From the NCBI RefSeq assembly GCF_006345805.1, contig NC_042999.1, forward strand, positions 22,816,001-22,880,000: a stretch of DNA of 64,000 nucleotides, written 5' to 3'. The number at the start of each line of letters is the position of its first letter. Within the stretch, counting starts at the first letter, position 1. A program made the position numbers and the translations under genes. Below the pieces are notes generated by a model. It had not been told where the DNA came from. It did not search any database and was given only the letters and a program-made list of their open reading frames with translations. Source of the DNA: Octopus sinensis (Eukaryota). Positions 1 through 12,145 of this stretch are shown here, piece by piece.

Positions 1-290
1 AAATGGGGGTTAACAGGGTCTTGTTTATAAATTAATTATCATTTGCATAGCTGCAAAAATATAAAATTGATCATATATAAATGAAAACATATTATATATG
101 CATATATAAAAAAAACATACATACATAAATACATACATACATATATACATACATACATACATAGATAAATATATATTACGCATACACACACGTATATGTA
201 TATATAAACATATAAACATATGTAAACATTATTATATACATATTATTATATATATATATATATATAATATATATATATTATATATATGTT

Positions 291-321
<31 letters not shown>

Positions 322-637
322 GTGTGTGTGTGTGTATGTGTGTGTATGTATGTGTGTGTTGTGTGTGTGTAATTAGAATTGAAGATATCAAAATGGATAC
401 CACCATGCTAGATATAGCAGTCAAAACCTGACTATAAGACCACATCATGTATTCATACAGTACAGGTGAAAAGATAACCGAACAAATAAACTAGCAAAAG
501 TTTATTTGTAGGTAATAGAGTATTCCTCGTTGTGCATCAACTCTCTTACCACACAGCTACACCTGCGCCTATAAGTATGTCTATCTATCCAGCCATCCAC
601 TCCATCTCTCTCTCTCTCTCTCTTTATATATATATAA

Positions 638-775
638 TCGCCCTGATAGATCGCTAGCCACTACACATTTTTTTTATTTTCTCTCCTTGTTTCTTTCTGT
701 GTTCCGTTCTGTGGAAAAGCGTAGGCTTGAAACGTTAAAGACTTTTTCACTTCCCGAGCGTTAAACTAATACACA
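638..775 (+). mobile_element. PLE-type terminal repeat (pLTR) fragment carrying a minimal hammerhead motif
   Basis: Homologous to 15298-15485 (+) and 59312-59495 (-): gatcgctagccacta...ttctgtNgaagagcgtaggctcgaaacgtaaaagact...gagcgttaaactaata. The 59.4 kb copy abuts a PLE GIY-YIG C-terminal remnant. Confidence 0.7.
705..740 (+). ncRNA. Minimal type I hammerhead motif, CUGUGGA core variant
   Basis: cgtt-CTGTGGA-a-aagc gtag gctt-GAAACGTT-aaag. Stem II has 4 bp, stem III is the palindrome ACGT, and stem I has one mismatch. Confidence 0.6.
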
Positions 776-818
<43 letters not shown>

Positions 819-819
819 A

Positions 820-1770
<951 letters not shown>

Positions 1771-1773
<3 letters not shown>

Positions 1774-2139
1774 TGCAGCGTGGAAGGTGTTTGTAAGCCA
1801 TTTAAGAAACACACAAAAGCCGTTCGATTCACTTCAACATTTAAGTTTAATTTGTCAAAATATTTTCGTCGCTAAAATACTTTCGTCGCAAAATATTTTC
1901 GTCGCTAAAATCCGCGACCTGTTCACTGACAAAAATCCGTGCTGCACGGATATTTGTCAGTGAACAGGTCGCGGATTTTAGCGACGAAAATATTTTGACA
2001 AATTAAACTTAAATGTTGAAGTGAATCGAACAGCTTTTGTGTGTTTCTTAAATGGCTTACAAACACTTCCACGCTGCAATTGTTTTCGTTTCAGCACACG
2101 ATCTCAGATTAAATTACTTGCTATGCGAGTACATCTTCG

Positions 2140-2140
<1 letters not shown>
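1771..2140. repeat. Fold-back palindrome of repeat family E (probable PLE-derived)
   Basis: Arms 1771-1941 and 1945-2081 meet at gtgc-t-gcac. The same family occurs at 13026-13197, 27660-27983 and 30950-31265. Confidence 0.85.
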
Positions 2141-2180
<40 letters not shown>

Positions 2181-2274
2181 AGCTCCTTTCCATGCAGTCA
2201 TGCATGTGCTGTCAAGCGATAGTGAGAAGACAATCAGAGACACACAAACACACACACACATAAAATACTGTACA

Positions 2275-2573
2275 TTTAAACACAAAAGAAAACTACCTTT
2301 TACAGATAATTTTTACACGCTAGAAGAACCAGTCAAAACGACCAAAAACCACATTTAAGAGCAATTTTCGAAGGGAATGAAAAATAAAAAACTGTTACCT
2401 TGTTATTTTTTTACCGTTATACCTAAGTTTCAGATAAAAAAAATAACAAGGTAAAAGTTTTTATTTTTCATTCCCTTCGAAAATTGCTCTTAAATGTGGT
2501 TTTTGGTCGTTTTGACTGGTTCTTCTAGCGTGTAAAAATTATCTGTAAAAGGTAGTTTTCTCTCGTGTTTAAA
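2275..2573. repeat. Fold-back palindrome with ~138-bp arms and ~23-nt loop
   Basis: 2275-2412 is the near-perfect reverse complement of 2436-2573. Confidence 0.9.
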
Positions 2574-2624
2574 ATTTCTTGTGGTAAAATTTCTAAAAAT
2601 ATTTGCCATCCTATATATTTACGA

Positions 2625-2657
<33 letters not shown>

Positions 2658-2697
2658 ATATATATATATTACGAATATATATATATATATATATATA

Positions 2698-3496
2698 TAA
2701 AAGGGCTTAGTAAAATAAATTACTTTGCCGCATACTGAACTCATTAGAAATAGCAGCTAAAAAAACATTTATAAAACTATTTCTAATACTTAAAGAAAAC
2801 CTCTCTCATATAGTGTTTGCTCAATTCAACTCACGGAAGTATGGGGGGTAGAGACATTAAAAAATCAGATGCAAAGGTTATTTGCATACTGAACACTTGG
2901 TGAAATTGATTAATTAATTAATTTTACCCTCAATTGTTGAAATTATAATTCATCTCTCTCTATTTAAATGCCTCGGATTTTACCGAAAAAAGCATAGTGT
3001 TTGCTGATTTTAACCCACGCTGGTGGAAAGGGGAGAGCAGAAATTCTTCGCTTGCATATTTGAGTTGTTGGTACTGTTAGTTACGAGCGGATCTTCAGAA
3101 GCGATAGGAGGCCGAAGGAGTATGCTCCCACTTTCAGTGTTTTCAAATCCAAACCAGGGAGTTCTGAGCTGATGATAGAAGTGTCGAGTTTGACTAATCT
3201 TGAAACGTACGTTCTCAAATAACCTTTGCATCTGATTTTTTAATGTCTCTACCCCCCATACTTCCGTGAGTTGATTGAGCAAACACTATATGAGAGATGT
3301 TTTCTTTAAGTATTAGAAATAGTTTTATAAATGTTTTTTAGCTGCTATTTCTAATGAGTTCAGTATGCGGCAAAGTAATTTATTTTACTAAGCCCTTTTA
3401 TATAATGTAATAAGTTGAATTCGCCTTAAATGGTCCCTTTGCATACTGAACACTTGGTGAAATTGATTAATTAATTAATTTTACCCTCAATTGTTG

Positions 3497-3499
<3 letters not shown>
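2698..3499 (+). mobile_element. Non-coding PLE/retrozyme-like element: ~557-bp permuted unit plus inverted 5' segment
   Basis: 2881-2942 is repeated at 3438-3499. 2698-2884 is the reverse complement of ~3216-3402. HHR at 3165-3217. Homologous to 4701-5040. Confidence 0.75.
3165..3217 (+). ncRNA. Type I hammerhead ribozyme motif with GUU site
   Basis: tgag-CTGATGA-t aga agt gtc gagttt gac taa tct t-GAAAC-gtac-GTT-ctca. Palindromic stem III (aacgtacgtt). U.U at the base of stem II. Confidence 0.75.
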
Positions 3500-3535
<36 letters not shown>

Positions 3536-3734
3536 CGAATATATATATATATATATACACATCTTCGTGTTTGTGTGTTCGCGCGCATGTGTTTGTGTAT
3601 ATGTATTAGTAGAATATGGAAGAAAATATTGTCTGCAAAACAGTGCAATACATGTATGTATTGATCCTTTTTATCTTTTTTTTTACTTATTTTAGTCATT
3701 ATTTTAGTCATCATGTTAGTTGAATGAATCGACC

Positions 3735-3924
3735 TCAGTATTTCTTGTTTTCTGTTAAGCCTGGTACTTTTTCTATCGGTTTGATTTTGCTGAACCTCCA
3801 AGTTACGGGGACGTAAACACACCAACACCGGTTGTCAAGCTGTATTGGGTGGAGGGACAAACACTGGCGCAAAGATATACAAACATACATACATACATAC
3901 ATACATACATACATACATACATAA

Positions 3925-4000
<76 letters not shown>

Positions 4001-4140
4001 CGACGGGCTTCTTTCAGTTTCCGTCTACCAAATCCACTTCACAAGGCATTGGCCGGCCTGGGGCTATAGTAGAAGACACTTACCCAAGGTGCCACTCAGT
4101 GGCACTAAACATGGCACCTTGTGTTTGGGAAGCAAGATTA
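3735..4140 (-). mobile_element. SINE family A, 5'-degraded
   Basis: Matches the family A body and tail with an internal (TACA)/(CA)/(TA) tract. Confidence 0.85.
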
Positions 4141-4287
4141 TTCTAATTTGCTGGAAGCAACATTTGTCGTATATGCACTAATATGTGTGTGTGTGTGCGC
4201 GCGTTTGTATGTGTGTGTGTCTGTGTGTATGCGTACATGTTTGCGTGTATAACGGAAAAAGTAAAACAGAAAGAGATAGATAGAAAC

Positions 4288-4354
<67 letters not shown>

Positions 4355-4656
4355 TTCCATCAGAAGGTCCATTTCTTTCCGTATTCGTTCTAAATATATT
4401 TCTCTTTCATCTTTTGAATGTGTTAAACCAAATTTTTCTTACTTCCTCGTGTAGTCTTGCTGATGCGCTGAGCTTCCAAAAGATGAGAATATTACAACTA
4501 AAACTTATTACAGTAGCAGATCGATAATTATTTTTTTCTTATATGTTTCGTTCAGTTTTTAGCATTAACCTAATGCCTCAGTAATATTCCTGCCAAGCTC
4601 TTTCTTCCATTTGTGTGTTGTACTGTACCACACACACACACAAAGACACACACACG

Positions 4657-4692
<36 letters not shown>

Positions 4693-4700
4693 ATATATAT

Positions 4701-5040
4701 CTTGGTCTGATGACGGAAATGTTGATCTCTATATCCAACTAATCCAGAAACGGCGTTCTCAAGTAATCGATGTACGCGTGATCTTTCGTTATTTTTCCCT
4801 CTATACCTGCGTGAATTATTTTTGAGTATACATTGTCTGGGAGACTTTTCTTATAGTAGAGGAAATATCTAAAATCTTTTGGCTGCTATTTCTAAAAGTT
4901 CGGTGTGTGGTAAGGTAAATTATTTTACTGAACCCTAATTATATAACGTAATGTTTTAAATATACCATAAATGGTCTTTTTACATACTGAACACTACTTG
5001 GTAAAATTATTAATTAATAATTAATTAATTTTACCCTTTT
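4701..5040 (+). mobile_element. Diverged copy of the 2.9-3.5 kb HHR element with a degenerate HHR (4701-4763)
   Basis: cttggt-CTGATGA-c gga aat gttg..caac taa tcc a-GAAAC-ggc-GTT-ctcaag. Downstream sequence aligns to 3214-3490 and has the same aattttaccct terminus. Confidence 0.7.
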
Positions 5041-5081
5041 ATTATTATCTATCTATCTATATATATATATATATATATATC

Positions 5082-5121
<40 letters not shown>

Positions 5122-5289
5122 TATATATATATGTATGTATGTATGTATATATTTATATGTATATATATATATATGCAAAAAATCTGCATAGACTAGAAAC
5201 ACTAACATTAGTTCTACCCTAGGAAGAATTAGAATCTCTGTGAAGATTCTTTCTAATTCACGCAATATCAGTATAAGTTTTAAAAGAAG

Positions 5290-5470
5290 GTGATGAGCAG
5301 ACAGAATCGTTAGCACGCCGGACAAAATGCTTAGCGGCACTTCGTCCGTCTTTACGCTCAGAGTCCAAATTTTCGTCGAGGTCGACTTTGCTTTTTATTC
5401 TCTCGAGATGGATTTAATCGTCTTACACCATTCCCTGAAATTGCTGGCCTCGTGCCAAAATTAGAAACCA
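5290..5470 (+). mobile_element. SINE family C (tRNA-like head plus Meta-like domain)
   Basis: gagcagacagaatcgttagcacgccgg...gagtccaaatt...gaggtcgactttgc; matches the many family C copies in this window. Confidence 0.75.
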
Positions 5471-5479
5471 ATATATGGT

Positions 5480-5878
5480 ATCTTTATGTATAAAAGTGAA
5501 GTTGTATGTCTGTCTCCTACGATTTAGATTCTTTACTCCCACATTTTGCGGTGCAGTTTAACCAAAACAGGGTATCTTATAGTCGTGATTCATATCGAGC
5601 CCTTCTGGGTATTAGCGCGCGTCTACGATGAGTCTACGATTAAAAAGAAATTTACTATCATTTTTTTCCATTTTAATGCATTTTTTCGCTATTATATAAG
5701 GGAAGTAACTCTCTGAAAATGTCTACGATAAGTCAACGATTTAAAAAAAAATTTACCATCATTTTTTTTCCCCCATTTTTAATGCATTTTTTTGCTATTT
5801 TTTGGCTATAACTCTCTAAAAATGCTTATATAGTTATTTCCCTTACAAACCCGAGCAACGCCGGGCGATACTGCTAGT
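5480..5878 (-). mobile_element. Non-autonomous Helitron/Helentron-type element (HINE/Lep1-like)
   Basis: Starts tACTAGcagtatcgcccggcgttgctcggg (subterminal hairpin) and ends cagac...cacttttata. Copies at 27171-27569 and 31375-31762. Confidence 0.65.
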
Positions 5879-6379
5879 AATATATAAACAGCAAAACCGT
5901 TGTAAACTATGAAATCAAGAACCACTTAACGAGCTTAAACCCGACGAGAAGGAAAGACAATTTAGAACAACAAATACACAAAATAGAAAAGATCCAGACA
6001 AGGAACACATCAAACAAATAATTCCATCGTCAACTGCCTAACGGAGAAGTATTTGCATGTTCTTCGCTTTTTCTTATCTCTGCTTCTTACTCTAAAATGC
6101 TGTAGATTTTATTAGATTTCTTCTCGTCAAGATTACTTTGACGCTTATTTCTAAACCGAATTTCATGTAATGAAATTTTTTACGGAATCCGTGTACTGTG
6201 TGTAACAACATTTCCGGTTATTTGATCATGTGTAGCCTGGGGTCATCTATATAGAAAATATATTTGATTATCCCGCTATATCATTTATATACGAGTTCAG
6301 TCTCTATTTTATCATGTTAGCTAAAGGTTGTAATCCTAATCAGAAACGGAGTAGAAATTGAGAGCCGTATTTCGATATT

Positions 6380-7560
6380 CCTTTTCTAAAATGAACAGAA
6401 TTGTCTTTTTTTCTATTCCAATTTTGCTAGAATCTGTAGAATTGTTTTTTTATGTGCCTCCTTGTTAATGGTGCTACTTTATCATGAGTAATGTCTCCAT
6501 AATCCACAGATGGAAAACATTGCCAAAAGCCATCGCAATCAATCGATACTACACTTAGATCCTTTTCTGTTATTCTGCATGTTTCAGTTATGACCGTGTT
6601 GATAATTGAGTTTTATGACCATATGAGACTTTGTAGTATCCATTCGGTTCTGGAAGTTTTTTTCTTTTTTCTTTCATGTAGGCATTCGTCCTTTGTGAGT
6701 TAAATCTAGGCAGATTATAGGGATGTAGTTTTGGAGGTTTGCTATTTTCTCTGAGATTAAAATAGTCTTTGTTTAACATGCTGTTCATATGTTGTTTTTT
6801 GTTTTAGCTATTTCAGCAGATCCGGAGGCGCAATGGCCCAGTGGTTAGGGCAGCGGACTCGCGGTCATAGGATCGCGGTTTCCCAGACCGGGCGTTGTGA
6901 GTGTTTATTGAGCGAAACCACCTAAAGCTCCACGAGGCTCCGGCAGGGGATGGTGGTGATCCCTGCTGTACTCTTTCACCACAACTTTCTCTCACTCTTA
7001 TTTCCTGTTTCTGTTGTACCTGTATTTCAAAGGGCCGGCCTTGTCACTCTCTGTGTCACGCTGAATATCCCTGAGAACAACGTTAAGGGTACACGTGTCT
7101 TTCACGAGCAGGCTGTTCCATTGATTCGGATCAACCGGAACCCTCGTCGTCGTAACCGACGGAGTGCTTCCATTTCAGCAGATCCAAAGGTATTTTCGCC
7201 ACCGTTCAGTATTTCAACGAGAAGCTGGAACTTTTTAAAGCTCTTTTTGCTTTCTAATTGGTTGTCTTTTTGTAAAGATTGCTATTTTTTGTCTTGTGAA
7301 AGCTTCCAATGATGTACAAATGCTTACTCGATACTTTCAGTATTCTTCAAATGCTTGGTGGATGCTTTCAATATTCTCACCCTTGACAATCTCTTTTTGG
7401 TACTTACTCTTCCTCCAAATCCTTCTACTTCGCTTTCTGTTGGTACCTCATTGATTTCTGTCTTATTTTTGCCAAGCACTTGATAAAATCGTTTGGCTTG
7501 GTGTCAAACTGTTTATATTTGATCAAATAATTGTTGTTTGCATCCATAAAACCATTTGGG
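6380..7560 (-). mobile_element. Decayed R4/Dong-like non-LTR retrotransposon RT region, interrupted by a SINE
   Basis: Frameshifted translation PEPNGYYKVSYGHKTQL...LSVVSID/MAFGNVFHLWIMETL resembles R4-clade PEEQKGC..SYGCKDQL..LS.AWIDY.KAFDSVPH.WI. Confidence 0.65.
6824..7171 (+). mobile_element. tRNA-derived SINE family F, full length
   Basis: A-box and B-box-like head ggaggcgcaatggcccagtggttagg. 14-bp TSD atttcagcagatcc at 6810-6823 and 7172-7185. Confidence 0.9.
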
Positions 7561-7854
7561 GGCACATGGTCAAGTGGTTAGAGCAGCGGACTCGCGGTCG
7601 AGGGATCGCGGATTCGAATCTCGGACCGGGCGATGTGTGTGTTTATGGGCGAAACACCTAAGCTCCACGTGGCTCCGGCAGAAGGTAATGGCAAACTTCT
7701 GCTGACCCTTTCGCCACTACTTTGTCTCGCTCTTTCCTCCTGTATCTTGCAGCTCACCTACGACGGACTGGCGTTCCACCCAGGTGGGGAACCTATACGC
7801 CAAGGAAACCGGGAAACCGGCCCTTATGAGCCAGGCGTGGCTCGAGAAGGAAAA
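7558..7854 (+). mobile_element. tRNA-derived SINE family B/F
   Basis: tRNA-like head. 12-bp TSD ataaaaccattt at 7546-7557 and 7855-7866. Confidence 0.9.
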
Positions 7855-7939
7855 ATAAAACCATTTCAAATACTCCTGCTCTGATGTTCGTAAAAGGCTT
7901 CATTTTTTTTCATCAGTCATAATGTTACAGTTAGAGCTA

Positions 7940-8256
7940 TACCGGGCGTTGTGAGTGTTTATTGAGCGAAAACACCTAAAAGCTCCACGAGGATCCGGCA
8001 GGGGATGGTGGTGATCCCTGCTGTACTCTTTCACCACAACTTTCTCTCACTCTTACTTCCTGTTTCTGTTGTACCTGTATTTCAAAGGGCCGGCCTTGTC
8101 ACTCTCTGTGTCACGCTGAATATCCCCGAGAACTACGTTAAGGGTGCACGTGTCTGTGGAGTGCTCAGCCACTTACTCGTTAATTTCACGAGCAGGCTGT
8201 TCCGTTGATTCGGATCAACCGGAACCCTCATCGTCGTAACCGACGGAGTGCTTCCC
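7940..8256 (+). mobile_element. SINE family F, 5'-truncated, with (AGT)n tail
   Basis: Near-identical to 6885-7171. Confidence 0.85.
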
Positions 8257-8279
8257 AGTAGTAGTAGTAGTAGTAGTAG

Positions 8280-9380
8280 TATGTGTGTTTGGTACTGTCT
8301 GTTCATTTACTGTTGCCTAGAGTTTTCATGAATTTTATTCTCAGTTCACTTGTTAAAAAAGTCTCCGTTTTCCTCTGCTATATCTCTCAGAATATCACTA
8401 TTCCTTTTATGATTTTAATGTTATTGATAGAGTTGTATTTATTTTAGTATTTTCCTATATTTCTGCTTTATTCTGATTTATTTCTCGTGGAAATGTCTGT
8501 TTTTTTTTAATTTATTTATTTATTTTTTTTTTTTTACAAATTTTTGTTTCAGAAAAAATAGTTTGTTTTGTACAAACGGTTTGTTCTTTATTTCAACTAT
8601 CCGGACTATTTGTTATAATGCTTCTACGTATTTATTCAATTGATATTTTGCGTTCGAAATTTTATTTCTAGCTGCTTGATTATTCTATTTTCTTTTTTTT
8701 TTGCCGTGTACTTCAGTTAAAATTGAGAATAAAAAATAAATAACACTGTTTTTTAGGTTTATATATTTTATAATTTTACAGCTAAATTTTTTTTTAGTTT
8801 ATGCTTCATCCTTTGGAAACCTATTATTGTATCTTCATTCCTTCAAGTTGACGTGTCACATATGACTTAGACCTGACATATCTTAAATAGTTTATTGCAT
8901 CAAGCATGATTTGTCCGACAGCCATCTTAGCTCTCGCTTTTATCTGTGAATCTAATTTTCATATTATCGTTCTTTCTTCTATACAAATTAATATTTACTT
9001 TACTATTCTACGTTTTTTTTTATCGTTTAATATGTCAATAACATGTTATTATTCCATTGTGTAGTAGAAATTGTAAGAGAATTCATCAGTTGATTTATAG
9101 GTTTAAATATTGATTTTTTAAATAATTTTCTTCTACTAATTGATTGATTTATCTTCTTGTGCCTTACTTTCCTTTTTCTTATGTTTTCATGCATTTGAGG
9201 AGTGGGGAACTGGTAACGTGTTGCTGAAGGCCTTACTTGAGTTATTTACTATGACGTACGTTTCTTCATCTATTTCCACATTTCTGGAAATCTTCTTTAA
9301 TCGCAAGTTCTGCTTTCTGCAGTCTTTTATAATACTATTGTAATACTTTATGATTTCATCTTTCTTATTTTTCATCTTCT
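8280..9380 (-). mobile_element. Possible N-terminal remainder of the decayed R4-like element
   Basis: Same strand and upstream of the RT remnant, with K/N/I-rich broken reading frames. No diagnostic motif. Confidence 0.3.
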
Positions 9381-10288
9381 TTGAGTTATATTCTCTCCTA
9401 CCGTTTGGTGGTGTGGTAGGACGAGTGATCAGCTAAAAGTATTGAGGATTTAAGGATTTTCCAAGCCGCTTACTGTTTTTGCAGAGTTTCTTGAAGGTGA
9501 CAGGCTTGGAAAACCCTTAAGTAAATTAAGTATTTCAGGTGATCATTGTCTTCGACAGTCCACAAACTGGGAGGAGAGAACGCAACGAACTTGAAACAGA
9601 CATCATAAGACTTTATCATTCCCGTAATCCACTGATATATTATTTTATCGACCTCGAAAGGAACAAAGCAAGGTTGACCTAGCAAGGATTTGAACCCAGA
9701 GTTAAAGAGCCAGAACAAATAGGCACCAGCACTCTTAATATTTGATATTTAAATCGCTTCGCGATTTTGCTTTTCAGCCTTCAGGAGTTGATAAAAATAG
9801 GTACCAGTCAGATACTAGGGTTGACATGATTGACTGTATTCCATCATCCAAATTTTATGGCGCAGGTAATTTTTAGAAAACTTTAAAATAATTTTTTGCT
9901 AATCTATTATAATAAGTTAAACGTATTTTGTTACTCATAGATTCTATCGCTTTGATTTTTATTAATTATCATGACAACCCATCAGAAACCCAGTTCTTGT
10001 TGCAATGTGGGGACTTGTGTACGTCAAGTATTCTGAAAGCTTTGCCAACAGAGCAGAAACTCATTGGAAGGCCTTTCATACTGGATAATCTCAAGATTAG
10101 AGGCTAAATTGATATGGGCTATCTTTTCCCAGAGGTAAGAAATTGTGTTTGAGAGGGCCAACACCAATACAGTTTTCTTTTGCTTCAACACAGTATTTTT
10201 TTTGCGCAAAATTTAGTCTCGCGGCTTTGATCGATTCGAGTCTCTGGAAGAAGACAGAAAACACCGCAAGCACAACAGCAACAACAGG

Positions 10289-10668
10289 AGGCGCAATTGC
10301 CTCAGTGGTTAGAGCAGCGGACTCGCGGTCGGAGGATCTCGGTTTCGATTCCCAGACCGGGCGTTGTGCGTGTTTATTGAACGAAAACACCTAACGCTCG
10401 ACGAGCCTCCGGCAGGGGCTGGTGGCGATCCCTGTTGTACTCTCGCTCCACCTTTCTCTCACTCTTTCTTCCTGTTTCTTGTCCCCGACTTCCTACGCAA
10501 CCGCTTTGCCTGGATGCGCATTCATCCATCCGTCGATGCTCTCGGTGTCGGGGTTCACTTGCTTTCTCTTCTGCGGGTCTTACGAATAGCAAAGGACCAC
10601 GTTTCGGACTTCTCCCATCTTTCGAGCTCTGGGACGAAGACCGTTCGCTCAACAGCAACAGCAACAGT
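10289..10668 (+). mobile_element. SINE with family F head and a different GC-rich 3' tail ending (CAACAG)n
   Basis: Head matches 6824. Sequence after ~10490 does not match the other F copies. Confidence 0.75.
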
Positions 10669-11029
10669 AGCACGAATGCATTCATCCATAATCAGGATCA
10701 ATAATCGACTGGACAGACATCTGATGAGGACCGCATCAAAAGTCTATAGGGACATATTGAAAGCGGTCCTCGGAGGATAAGAGATCCTTTAGAAACAATT
10801 TTTGGAGTGCATACCTATTTCTCTACGTTCAGAGTTCAAATCATATCGGAGTCGACAGTGCACTTTTTTTTACCGTTTATTAGGATACTCAAATAAAGTG
10901 ATAGGCACTAATTACTGAAAGGACGGGGTCACGTGCGGATCCAATTAATTGTTGCCCTTATCTCAAATATACGGTCTTCCCTGTCTATGTTGGAAAATAT
11001 CAACATTATATGAATCATATTGTCAATAT

Positions 11030-11820
11030 TATCATCATTACCACCACCACCACCACCACCGCACGCTACCCAGCATCATGATCCTCCTCCTCCTCATTAT
11101 TGCTGCTGATGTCGCCACCGCTGCTCTCGCTGCTACTGCCGCCATCACTTCCATTGTCATCGTGATGACATTATCATCATCATCATCATCAACATTGTTG
11201 TCATCAATTTACTACCGCCTACACTAATTCCAACATCATCAGCATCCTCATCACCAACGCTGTACTTCCAGCAACATCACCAGCACCACCACTACCAATG
11301 TCATAGCCATCATCATTGTCATCATCGTCATCATCGTCATCATCATCAGCCTCATCATCCTTAACATCATCTTCATCTTCATCATCGTCACTGTCATCAT
11401 CATCATCACCATCACCACTATCATCATCCTCATCATCCTTAACATCATCTTCATCTTCATCATCGTCACTGTCATCATCATCATCATCATCACCATCACC
11501 ATCACCATCATCATCATCCTCATCATCCTTAACATCATCTTCATCATCGTCACCGTCATCATCATCATCAGCATCACCGTCATAATCTTCATCATCCTTA
11601 TCATCATCTTCCTTATCTTTATCATCACCATCATCATCGTCATCATCAACATCACCAACATCATCATCATCATCCTTAACATCATCTTCATCATCATCAT
11701 CATCATCGTCATAATCTTCATCATCCTTATCATCATCTTCCTTATCTTTATCGTCATCATCATCATCATCATCATCATCATTATCATCATCATCATCATT
11801 GTCGTCGTCGTCATCATCGT
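11030..11820. repeat. (CAT)n-derived mosaic with higher-order sub-repeats
   Basis: Recurring catccttaacatcatcttcatc and gtcataatcttcatcatccttatcatcatcttccttatcttt modules. Confidence 0.9.
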
Positions 11821-12099
11821 TTTAGAGGAAATGTTTACAGAATCTGTTTCACAATTTGGAAATAGAAAAGAAAAAAAGAAAACGTGGAAAAAAACAACAA
11901 CAAAAAGCAACAAAAAGGAAATCAAATACACTCCAGCTCATGATTGAACTTCGATTTCGGGTAAATAAAATATAATCACCAAAAAACGTTAAATGGAAAA
12001 AAATGGGAAAATAACCAAAAGAAATTCCACCAAAATCTCAAATTTACGAAGGGAAATAAAGAAAAATCTCCCCCAAACTAAATAAACCTATCATTAAAC

Positions 12100-12101
12100 T
12101 G

Positions 12102-12145
<44 letters not shown>

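Noticed and set aside
2316-2355. ctagaagaaccagtcaaaacgacc in the 2275-2573 palindrome as a variant HHR
   Set aside because: The core is too degenerate and there is no NUH or stem I.
4450-4505. Minus-strand ag..gtaaga segment encoding ASARLHEE (ABCC-like)
   Set aside because: The match is too short and no neighbouring ABC exons were found.
6015-6050. ttgacgatggaatt (minus strand) as a decayed HHR in a PLE-like tail
   Set aside because: The 3' half of the core is absent, so it cannot be supported.
6824-6900. SINE heads as tRNA genes
   Set aside because: They have A/B-box-like motifs but no complete cloverleaf, and they continue into SINE bodies with TSDs.
9988-10135. Candidate exon ending in cag ag|gtaaga
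   Set aside because: All three frames contain stops from the plausible acceptor, and there is no recognisable protein.
10718-10775. CTGATGA followed by a 9-bp hairpin (gaggaccgc/gcggtcctc) as an HHR
   Set aside because: No GAAA follows stem II, and there is no stem I or III complementarity.
11251-11931. 226-aa Met-rich ORF and the alternative Asp-rich (Aspein-like) frame
   Set aside because: Derived from (GAT)n. Single mutations of GAT cannot create stops, so openness is uninformative, and the Asp frame is closed by TAA just after the only plausible acceptor.
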